DNA of 64,000 bases from Antechinus flavipes (taxonomy: Eukaryota): NCBI RefSeq assembly GCF_016432865.1, contig NC_067399.1, forward strand, positions 6,572,001 through 6,636,000. Direction: 5' to 3'. How positions within the stretch are numbered: position 1 is the stretch's first letter; every line of letters starts with the position of its first letter. The translations under genes and the position numbers were made by a program. This document shows positions 48,290-58,392 of the stretch, piece by piece. Under the pieces are notes generated by a model that saw only the letters and a program-made list of their open reading frames with translations, ran no database searches and was not told where the DNA came from.

Positions 48290-49420
48290 ACAGAGCAAAT
48301 ACCAGATGGGTCCCAGACATTGCTCACTTCCCATTCTGATGCCGTGTGCCATTGGCCAAGTCCCTTCATCGATCCTCAAATACAGCTAAAATGCTGTTGA
48401 TTCTCTCTATCGCCACCTTCCTATAAATCCGATAAAAATTCCTGTTAAAAGAATCCCCCATGGTATATTATAATGTCTGGACCAAGTGGACCTGAATGAG
48501 CTTGCAAAAATGGCAGCCTCCATCCACTTCTCTGGCTCCTCCTAGACCTATTGGGAGACAATTCCCACCCCCTGGTCTTCTCTTTTCCAAAGTCCCTATT
48601 CCCAGGTCTTTTAATTTGTCATCGTATCACTTGAGTTCGAGGCCCTTCCAAAGGCTGGTTGACTTCTTCCGAACCATCCCCAGTTTATCCGTGTCCTGCT
48701 TAAACAGCAGCAAGCAGATTTACTTCTCTTCCAGATAAGGTCCGAGGAGACCAGTAATGGTGGAGCCATCACCTTCCCATCCTTGGAAGTCTTGCCTCCC
48801 ATAATACAATGGTGTCCACTTTTTTGACGATCTACTGAGATTTCTAGATCTGTTTTCAAAACTACCAATTTCAAACAGAAGCCTCCTCCATCTCGTGGCG
48901 GTAGACTTGATTTTTACACGAGTGCAGGGCTTTACATCTGTCTCTGGTGAGTTTCACTTTGGAGCCCATCAAGATCCTTTGGGATCCAGTGGATCAGTCA
49001 GTCTTCCCAGGAGAAAAATGGGCCGAACATAAATGCCCGGGTTACTCCACCAGCCATTTCCTGGGGGGTTGGCTCTAGCCATTTAAGTTTTGAGTCCCCC
49101 CTGATGGTGTTCTTGTTGAATCTTTATCTTTCCTTCTATCCACAAGAAAAGGGTGGCAGCCACGATGAGAAATTTGCTAAAATCTAGGTGAGCTCTACCC
49201 ACAGCACTCCCCTATCTACTCCGAGTCTCATGGATAAAGAAGATGACTCCGGTCTATCAAGATCCAAGCCATCTTTGTCATCGCTTCTTCCTTTTCAAAA
49301 TGTCGCCCAACCATCTCTGTAATGATCCCTTCTAGAATCTGCCCACGGATGAAGTCAGCATGTCGGCCCAGAGTTTGCAGACATCGTTCCTCTTCCTGCT
49401 CTTGGGGAGGGTGGGAGAAG
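48290..49420 (-). mobile_element. L3/CR1 LINE remnant (reverse-transcriptase and C-terminal ORF2)
   Basis: The minus ORF 49228-49428 reads GQILEGIITEMVGRHFEKEEAMTK, resembling CR1 RT GKILEQIIKEMVCEHLEKEAVITK. FKQDTDKL near 48690 resembles CR1 FKKDIDKL. Frameshifted and degraded. Confidence 0.75.
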
Positions 49421-49469
49421 AACAGCATCTGCCCCTTTTTAGTCTCCCGTTGGAAGCACTGCCCTTCTC

Positions 49470-50860
49470 CCAGTCCCTCAGCCTTTCTCAGCTCCTCACT
49501 CTCCCCTCATCACCCGTCAGTTCTCTCATTTCTGCCTGAGCAACATCTCTCTGGGTCCCTGTTACCATCCCTCTCTCCCCTATCACCTGGACCGATGCAG
49601 TGACTGCTGGGGGTCTGCCTATCCCAAGAGCTCCCAACTCCAATCCGTCCTCCTAAACACGCCTGACCGCGTCCCCTCCCAGATAAACAAGCTCCAGGGC
49701 ATTCCCGTCCCTTCCAGAATCAAACACAAAGTCCCGTTTTACATTCAGAACCTTTCGGACCTTCCCTTTTCAGCTTTCTCGTCTTCTTACGCCTTCCACT
49801 GCCCTCCCTGCCATACTCCGCCATCCAGTGACCCAGCCTGCCTTCTGCTAGTGCCCCCACAGACTCTGGGCATTAGCTCTGCCCCTCCCTCAGGACTGCG
49901 TTCTCTCCCTCCCTGGATTCACTGGTTTTCTTCGAGTTCCTTTTCTCTGGTGCTCGTCTTCAATTGTCCTCTCTGGAGCTGCTTCAGATGTACTTGTTTG
50001 CATTTTTTCTTCCCCAGTAAACAGAACATGAGATTCCTGAGAGTGGCCACCACTCTCTATATTATAGAGTATAGAGAATATACCGAGTGTGTATATATAT
50101 ATGTATGTCTGTATGTATATCTGTATATTGGGATGTATATATCTCTATATTCTATATAGAGTTTGTATATATAATATATATGTATGTATGTATATATATC
50201 TGTCTATCTGTGTATCTGTATGTATATCTATCTGTCTGTCTGTATATCTGTATGTATAGCTGTATATATATATATATCTGTATGTATGTATGTATATCTG
50301 TACATATATGTCTATATATCTGTATGTATGTGTATCTGTACATATATCTGTCTATATATCTGTATGTATGTGTATCTGTACATATATCTGCTTGTATGTC
50401 TGTATGTATATCTGTCTGTATGTATGTATATCTGTACATATATCTGTCTGTCTGTATGTATAGCTGTGTATATATATATATCTGTATGTATGTATATCTG
50501 TACATATATCTGTCTATATATCTGTATGTATGTATGTGTATCTGTACATATATCTGTTTGTATGTCTGTATGTATATCTGTCTGTATGTATGTGTATCTA
50601 TCTGTATGTATGTATGTATATCTGTCTGTGTATCTGTATGTATATCTGTGTGTCCGTATGTATGTATATCTGTACATATATCTGTCTGTATGTATGTATA
50701 GCTGTGTATATATATATATATATCTGTATGTATGTATATCTGTACATATATCTGTCTGTATGTCTGTATGTATATCTATCTGTATGTCTGTATGTACATC
50801 TGTCTGTATGTCTGTCTGTCTGTCTGTATAGTAGATGCTTAACTGTTGTTTATTGATTGA
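49470..50860 (+). mobile_element. L2 3' portion, interrupted by a compound microsatellite (50085-50830)
   Basis: Pyrimidine-rich L2-like body (CTCCAATCCGTCCTCC...CCAGAATCAAACACAAA). The L2 terminus GTAGATGCTTAA...ATTGATTGA resumes after the repeat. Confidence 0.6.
50085..50830. repeat. Compound (TATG/TCTG/TATC/TA)n microsatellite
   Basis: Read directly from the sequence. Confidence 0.95.
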
Positions 50861-51529
50861 CCCTCCTTTGCCTTTCTCCTCATTCCTGTTGGCTGAAACA
50901 GTGCTTGCCATAGAGTAGGTGCTTTAAAAGACTTGGGGATTGACCATTTATAGTGACCGGAGAAGTCTCGGTCTGGGTATCACCCAGGTTGGGCATTTCC
51001 TGACTGCCCTTGGAAACTCCCGTAGTTCCTCATCTGTAACTACGGAGCCTGGTTTTTGCCTTTGTATCCCGAGCTCCTGGCAGAGTACCCGGGATGTGCT
51101 GGGCTCTCTGCAAATGTTTGCTGGGTAATCGGAAAGTTGCCCGAGGGGCTTCAGTGACTCACCCGTGATCACAAAATTGGTGAGCCAAGGCAGGAAGATA
51201 GTCTCGATCGAAGCCCCGTACACGGTAGACACTCAGTCAGTGATTCTGGAGTTAATTTGGTCTACCCCCACCCATTAACAGTTATGTTCCTGGCAGGTGA
51301 CACTTGGGTTTTCACATCTGTGTCTCCAAGGGCCCAACAGAGGGCCGTGAACACCATAGGTATTGACTTAAAAGAAGTTTGTTGACTTGAAAGAAAAATT
51401 CCAGTTTCTGGGCCAGTTTCTGGGCCTCGTGAGCTTAGTCTAGACTCCTTCAAAAGACAAAATCTAGAAGCACGAGGAGCCTCTGTTCTCATCCTGATGA
51501 TACTGGCCCAAGGGGGACTGAAAGCACTT

Positions 51530-51815
51530 TCCTGTTCCAATGCCCTGTGTGTCTGTCCTGTTCCGATGCCCTGGGTGTCTGTCCTGTTCCTATACCCTGT
51601 ATGTCTGTCCTGTTCCGATGCCCTGTATGTCTATCCTGTTCCGATGCCCTGGGTATCTGTCCTGTTCCTATGTCCTGGGTGTCTGTCCTGTTCCGATGCC
51701 TTGTATGTCTGTCCTGTACCGATGCCCTGTGTGTCTGTCCTGTTCCTATACCCTGTATGTCTGTCCTGCTCTGATGCCCTGGGTGTCCCGTCCTGCTCTG
51801 ATGCCCCGTGTCTCT
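51530..51815. repeat. 26-bp minisatellite ATGCCCTGTGTGTCTGTCCTGTTCCG, about 11 units, abutting the exon 4 acceptor
   Basis: Period of 26 seen at 51541/51567. Confidence 0.93.
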
Positions 51816-51836
51816 CCTGTTTCCCCCGTTGCTTAG

Positions 51837-51958
51837 ATGCTCAGCCCACGGAGGGCGAGAGAGAGATCTGGAACCAGGTCAGCGCCGTGCTCCAGGACTC
51901 GGAGAGCATTCTCACAGACCTGCAGGCTTACAAAGGCGCTGGCCAGGAGATCCGTGAC
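51837..51958 (+). CDS. CYRIA: CYRIA exon 4: [41 protein letters not shown]
   Basis: tag| acceptor and |GTGAGT donor; 122 nt, phase 1 to 0. Confidence 0.97.
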
Positions 51959-53630
51959 GTGAGTGAGCCGGGCCAACGATAATATTGTCCTGACGACGGC
52001 GGGGGGGAGCGCCGGGGGGTGGCTGGAGAGGCAGGGGATGAAGTCATCACTGCAGCATTTCCTAGAATCCTGGAAAGAACAGGGGAGGTAATGTGCATTT
52101 AAGTCAGTGTATGAATGGTCCCTTTTATTTGAGGAAATTCATCCAACCAGACATTGTATCCAGCCCGTAGCCCCACGTCCAGACATACACACTCGAGGTT
52201 CAACATCCGCCTCTCACATAATGATTTAGTGTTCCAGCTCCCGCTTGCCCAGTCATTAACCAGGCAACCCTTTAAGGAAAGCAAACATGTGATGATAAGG
52301 CTGGTTCCTGGCTAGTCCTTCCCCTTCTGGCCCCGGCCGCTGCTCTTGCCGACCCCGCATCCCGGATGGGGCTGACGCTGTTTCCCTCCAGGTCTTTCCC
52401 CTTCAGATCATGCCAGGGTCAGAGCTTTAGAGCTGCAAGAGACCCGAGCTGGCAGCTGCTCCCATCTCTCTTTTGTGGACGAGACCAGAGGTCACTTGGG
52501 TATCAAGCGGCAGAGCCCGGATGCTAGTCAAGGTCTTCTCAGTAGAAATCCCCCCATTCCTTCTGCCCGGTGCTGCCTCAAACCCATCCTCCTTCTATTA
52601 TCTAGGGATAAAACAAAGGTCCTTTTCTCAGGTTGGTGTCCAGGGCCCTCGACACTCCAGCCCAACCTCCTCAGCCGCCAAGTTTCTGATCTCTCCCCTT
52701 CCAGCCAGCGACTTTCTCCCCACATTCTGCCTTCTGTCTCCAGCCTCTGCCCTACACAGCTGCCCTCTATTCCTCGAGCATACCCTTTCCTTCTCTCTGG
52801 CTCTCAATCATTCTGTGCCTTCAGAGTTTCCTCCTTAGCTATTAAGTCTCCCAGGAAGTTCCTTTGATTTCCCCAATGGCCCCATGGGGCCCACTTTGCC
52901 CATGACCACATTGTCCCCTCCCGAAATAACATTGGGTTTATTTCTATAGGTGCAGCATGTATCTGCTGCACCCTCCCAGGAAGCTCATTGGGAGCGGGAA
53001 CCTCTTGTTTGGGGGTTTGGGATCCTCAGTACTCAGCTTAGTATCTGCCCAGCAATCATTCATTCATTCATTCATCAATAGGCATTTATAGCATTGGGCT
53101 TGACACATAGTAAGCACTTAATAAAGTGATTGATTAGCATCTATTAGGTCTCAGGCCGTCCTGGGTGCAGAAGATACAGGCACAGAGAAAGTGGCCCCTG
53201 CCCTCAAGCAGTTTGCACTCTTTTGGGGGAGATAGCACATGCACCCACGAGTAAATGCAAAAATACATACAAAGGCAATAAAAAGTCATTTGAAGGGGAA
53301 GCACTGGCTCCTCTGAGAGTCAGAGGGGGCCCCGGGCTGTAGAACTTGGGAACACAGAATATGGGAGCCAGAAAGCCTTCTCTCCATATTTAAGTTTTTC
53401 CATCACTTGAATAAAGTTAATAATTCCCATGCCTCTGAAAGAGGCTGTAGGGAGCTCTTCTCCAGTGAGGAAACTGCCTCCACCAAAGTAGGTCTCCTCT
53501 GCTCCGTGACTTGGATCTGATTATGTGACTTCCAGGTCACACAGCCAGCAGGCTTCAGGGACAGTACTTGAGCTTTCTGGTTCAGAGGCCATTTCTTTAT
53601 CCATGACATCCCGTGACTTCTCCCTTGCAG

Positions 53631-53736
53631 GCAATCCAAAATCCCAATGACATCCAGCTGCAAGAAAAGGCCTGGAACGCAGTGTGTCCACTCGTTGTCC
53701 GACTGAAGAGATTCTATGAATTTTCCATCCGGCTCG
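53631..53736 (+). CDS. CYRIA: CYRIA exon 5: [35 protein letters not shown]
   Basis: ccttgcag| acceptor and G|GTAAAT donor; 106 nt. Confidence 0.97.
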
Positions 53737-54245
53737 GTAAATGTTCCATTTTACTTATCTTTTTTTTTTATATATATATCTCACTTTGATGCTTCGATAT
53801 TCTTCTAATGGTATCTCCCATCTATATTGCACCTCCTGCTTTATACACATTTTCCTTTGGGAGCCCAACAACTGCTTTGGGTGGGTCAGTGGGATAAGAT
53901 TTGTTGTCCTCCTTTTGGAAGGGGTCCAGAGGGTTCAAGTGAGGATCCCTCCCACCCCCACCCACACTCCCCTCACTCTCAGCCCCTTCCACCAGCTCAT
54001 GGGGAGACATACAAGTTGGGTTACTTCTGAGACACAGGATGAGGGCTCAGAAGGACGGGCTCCAATCCCTTCCTGTGGAAAGGAACCCTCAGCAAGGGGC
54101 GGACCGTTTCCTAAGGCTCCACCGCAGAAGGTGGAAGGGCCGGGACGAGTCCACACCCTCTGGCTTCAAATCCCCTTCTCTTCCCCTGAGCCGAGGGCTG
54201 ACGGTCAGGAAAGGACCCGGGTGTGCTCATGGCCTTGCCTTTCAG

Positions 54246-54382
54246 AGAAAGCTCTGCAGAACCTTCTAGAGTGCCTGACGTGCCCTCCCTACACACCCAC
54301 CCAGCACCTGGAGCGGGAACAGGCTCTGGCCAAGGAGTTCGCCGAGATCCTCCACTTCACCCTTCGCTTTGATGAGCTCAAG
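54246..54382 (+). CDS. CYRIA: CYRIA exon 6: [46 protein letters not shown]
   Basis: tttcag| acceptor and AAG|GTGAGA donor; 137 nt. Confidence 0.97.
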
Positions 54383-54600
54383 GTGAGAGGGGCTCCCGGG
54401 CTACCCTTGTAGACCCTCCTCGGCTCGAAGTCAGGGAGGCCGGAAGATGGACGCAAGCCCGATTCCAGCTTTCTTTCCACCCTCTCACTGAAACCTGGCC
54501 CTTTCTTGAATCACGAATGTCGGCAACAGCTGCGGGGGCCGGCAAATGAGGAAGCCCCCCACGGGAGTGGCCAACGTTCGTCTTCTCTGTCTCCTTCCAG

Positions 54601-54678
54601 ATGAGAAACCCCGCGATACAGAACGACTTCAGCTACTACAGGCGGACAATAAGCCGCAACCGGATCAACAACATGCAC
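54601..54678 (+). CDS. CYRIA: CYRIA exon 7: [26 protein letters not shown] (Rac1-binding R159/R160)
   Basis: ccttccag| acceptor and |GTAAGC donor; 78 nt. Confidence 0.97.
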
Positions 54679-55766
54679 GTAAGCATGCAGGCTCGGGCCG
54701 TGGGCCGCCACGAGGGTGCTCTTTGGGGAGAGGGCTGTTGGAAGAAAAATGGGGAACATTCAGAAAAAAAAGCTAGCCCTTACCATAGTTATAAATGGAG
54801 GAAGAAAAAACAATTCAAAAAATCTAGCAAAAAAGTTGTAAAGGAGACTCGTGTCCCGTGTCCTGCCTCCCCCCATGGCTCCCCCACCCAGGGAAGGTGC
54901 TTTCTTGTGCCTCTTCCCCGGGGCCAAGCGCCCTCTCACAACGGCACTGGCTTTGGGTTGGTTGTTCTTGCTGTTGGCCCAGCCGGGACCATCATGGGAA
55001 TGATTTTTCTGGTTCTGTTTCCTTCACCCGAGTTCAGCTCCTGTAGCTCTTTTCACGCTTCTCAATATCCATCCTCCACATCTTTTCTTACAGCACGGCC
55101 ACCAAAAATGCAATTGGAAGCAAACGGGGACTCATGGAATAATTAGGCTCCAATATGGCCGAAATGTGGCTTCTAGGAGGCTAGTGTGAAATAAATCTAT
55201 AGGAGCAGGTTGGGGGGCTTTCTCAGGGTGGGGGAGTGCCCAAAGGCCAACTTAAATTCCTATTCTGTCCAAGAGGCCCCAGGGAGCCACTGAGACTTTG
55301 GAGAAGAGACTTTGTTGGATTTAAATGCTCTGAGAAGGTTGTTTTGGCAGCTTTGGAAGGACGGACCAGTTAGGGAAGAGACCGTTATATAGCAAAGCTG
55401 AGTTAAGGTGCTGGTCCCGTGAGGAGAGAAGAGCTGGGTAAAGGTTATTGTGTGGGGCCCTAGGAGAGCCCAGAGGAAGCACCGAGCTAGGAACTGGGGA
55501 GAAGGACCTGGAGCGCTGGGGATGGGGGGAGAGAAGCATTTGAAGAGCTGACTATTGGAAGTGACTTGTTCTGCTCGGTCTCGGGCTCAGAACCAGAAGC
55601 CACCTGGGGAGTTTCTGAAAGATGGGACTGAGGAAGCTAGAGGCCGGGAAGAACTTTCCAGCAGGGAACCGGTCTGCAGATAGAACGGACCCCTAAGGGA
55701 GTGGGCGCCCTCCGCTGGAGGCTAAGGCCGGGACCCCCCTTTACAAACCCCCTGTTCCCCCATCAG

Positions 55767-55883
55767 CTAGACATCGAGAACGAAGTCAACAACGAGATGG
55801 CCAACCGAATGTCCCTCTTCTACGCAGAAGCCACCCCCATGCTGAAGACCCTGAGCAACGCCACCACCTACTTCGTCTCGGAG
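55767..55883 (+). CDS. CYRIA: CYRIA exon 8: [39 protein letters not shown]
   Basis: catcag| acceptor and GAG|GTGGGG donor; 117 nt. Confidence 0.97.
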
Positions 55884-55972
55884 GTGGGGGTCCCGGGGGG
55901 CTTGGGGAGGGGGCGCGGGGGCGCGCGCGGGGGCGCTCAGGGAACGATCTGACCTCTAGCCTCCTCTCCTAG

Positions 55973-56052
55973 AACAAAACGCTGCCCATCGAAAACACAA
56001 CAGACTGCCTTAGCACCATGATCAGTGTGTGTAAAGTCATGCTGGAGACCCC
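55973..56052 (+). CDS. CYRIA: CYRIA exon 9: NKTLPIENTTDCLSTMISVCKVMLETP
   Basis: ctcctag| acceptor and |GTAAGT donor; 80 nt. Confidence 0.97.
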
Positions 56053-56862
56053 GTAAGTCAAGGCGCGCGCCCACCGAGGGGGACGGGGGCTGTGGGACGT
56101 CTGTGACCAAGCGCCGGCGAAGGTGACTGGGAAGGGCCAGCCTGGAGGGCCCACGGCCCCACCGAGCCCCAGAGCTCCCTTCCAGGGGATTCCCCCCGGC
56201 GAGGGGGGGCCCAGCCAAGCGGCCGCTTCTCCCCCGAACTGTGCTTTTCCCCCCTGTGAGAGGGGGACGTGCGGCTTCCGGTTCTCCCGCTTTCTTTCGG
56301 AGCCCGGTTACCGGGTCTGTCTCCGTGTCGGGGATTTCTGGTAGAATTCTCTCTGCGAGCCCCGATGTGCGCACGTGGCCCGGAGGCACGAGGCTATAAA
56401 AACCGCGCCCGTTTCTTGGGCTGTAAAAGTTCTCGCGATCCCGGCTCTAAAGCCAGGGGGACCTTGCAGGTCGCTGAGTCTTTCACGGACCAGCTCGCCC
56501 AGGGTAACAGCCTGCGAGGAGGGATTCGAATCCGGCTCCCCGACGCCCGGTTTCTGGTACAGGCGCCTTCCTCACGCCCAGCCCGAGGGCGGGCAGAGAA
56601 GGATCGGGCCCAGAGAAGGAACGGCGGAGCAGAATGCGGGCGGTCTCCGGCCTCGCGGCTGCGGCCCCTCCCGCGCCTTCTCCCCGCTCCTGCCTTGGTC
56701 CTTGGCCCTTTCTACAAGGGCCGCTTCTTCCCCCGTCCTGGCGTCCTTATTCTCAGCCCCCCGGGGCAGCCGGAGGGACCTCCCTGAAAAATACAGCGAT
56801 TCCCGGGCATCCCTGCGGGGGGAAACGGGCCACGGCGCGCGGCCTCTCTGCTCCCCTTCCGC

Positions 56863-57478
56863 CCTGCAGGGGGCGCCTGCTCCGGAGGGGCGTTCCTGGT
56901 CAGACGTTCAGGGCGGACGTGACCTCTGTCAGTGCCGTCCCCCCCCCCCCCCCGCCGTGGCTCTAGCTGAGGTCACCCCCGTGATGGAGGGGGGACGTTC
57001 AGGCCGCTGGGCTTCGGGGGTGCAGCAGGACGGGGCTGACGGAGGCTTCCCTGTGTTCCAGAGAGTACCGGAGCCGATTCACCAGCGAAGAAACCCTCCT
57101 GTTCTGCATGCGAGTCATGGTGGGCGTCATCATTCTCTACGACCACGTGCACCCCGTGGGGGCTTTCTGCAAGACGTCCAAGATCGACGTAAGGGCGCCC
57201 TTCCAAACGTCCGGCCGCGCTCTCCTCCTGCCCTCCCTGCTTCCCCTTGGCCTCGGGACCCTCATACAAACAGTCTCCTCCCCTGGAAACTTTCCCCCCA
57301 TTGCCATCCTCATCTCCTCCACGGCCCGACCAGGGAATCCTGGGCCGTGACCCTTAACCCTAGTGTTAGGGAGGAGCAGGCGATGGAAGCAGTTCTCTCT
57401 GAGAGGGGAGGGACGCCGGGAGCCTCCAGGTGGCAGCCGCTGTTCAGCAGTGCAGGCTGTGGCCACCAGGTGGCGCTC
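56863..57478 (+). promoter_or_regulatory. Three co-oriented CTCF motifs (56863-56876, 57423-57436, 57460-57478)
   Basis: CCTGCAGGGGGCGC, CCTCCAGGTGGCAG and TGGCCACCAGGTGGCGCTC compared with the consensus TGGCCACCAGGGGGCGCTA. Confidence 0.65.
57062..57188 (+). CDS. CYRIA: CYRIA exon 10: [42 protein letters not shown]
   Basis: gttccag| acceptor and |GTAAGG donor; 127 nt. Confidence 0.97.
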
Positions 57479-57982
57479 TAGTCATGGGATTGCAAGGGGG
57501 TAAACCCTGTAGAATCGGATAAAGGTCAAGGGGGGGCTTGTTGGGAAAGCTGGCCCAGATGGCAGCTCTCCTGCCCCCCCCCCCGGTACCCCTCCTCCTC
57601 CTCCTGATTCTTCCATTCCCCAGCCTGAGCCCACAGACGGGAAAGGAGTGTGGCGTGGGGTGGTATAGTCTAGTGTAATGTGCTGTGGTGTAGTGTAGGT
57701 AGCGGTTGTGGGGCGGCCCCAGCTGGGGGCGGGGCTGGGAGGCGGGGGTTCAGCCCGGTGGCTTAGAGCAGTGGTTCCGAGGAGGGTTCTGGGGCTCGGC
57801 CGAGCCGGGCGGGTCCGAAGTTCTGCGCCTAGGACGCTGTGCAGCGTCCTCGGTTTCCTTACCTTTTCCTGGGAGCCTGGGCCCCCTTTACCTTCCTGAC
57901 AGAAAGTAGGGGACGGGCCCGGGTGGGAGGGGAAGAAAGGCGAGCTCGCCCCCCTTAAGGACCCAGGGTCCAAGAGGCCATC

Positions 57983-58282
57983 TGTCCCCCCGCGGCCGTC
58001 TGCCCCCCTGCGGCCCTCTGCCCCTCTGCGGCCGTCTGTCCCCCTGCGGCCCTCTGCCCCCCTGCGGCCATCTGTCCCCCTGCGGCCCTCTGCCCCCCTG
58101 CGGCCCTCTGTCCCCCTGCGGCCCTCTGCCCCCCTGCGGCCCTCTGCCCCCCTGCGGCCCTCTGCCCCCCTGCGGCCCTCTGTCCCCCTGCGGCCGTCTG
58201 TCCCCCTGCGGCCGTCTGCCCCCCTGCGGCCGTCTGTCCCCCTGCGGCCCTCTGTCCCCCTGCGGCCGTCTGTCCCCCTGCC
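57983..58282. repeat. 18-bp C-rich minisatellite CTGCGGCCCTCTGCCCCC, about 16 units
   Basis: Read directly; gives the AAGGQR hexapeptide repeat on the minus strand. Confidence 0.95.
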
Positions 58283-58321
58283 CGTGAGCCCGCGGGTGCT
58301 TGACTGGCGTCTCTCCCCCAG

Positions 58322-58392
58322 ATGAAAGGCTGCATCAAAGTGCTGAAGGAGCAGCCCCCGGACAGCGTGGAAGGCCTCCTGAACGCCCTCAG
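58322..58392 (+). CDS. CYRIA: CYRIA exon 11: [24 protein letters not shown]
   Basis: ctccccag| acceptor and AG|GTAAGC donor; 71 nt. Confidence 0.97.

Noticed and set aside
44693-50911. Tyr/Cys/Ile-rich ORFs that could look like membrane or keratin-associated proteins
   Set aside because: They are translations of TA/TG microsatellites.
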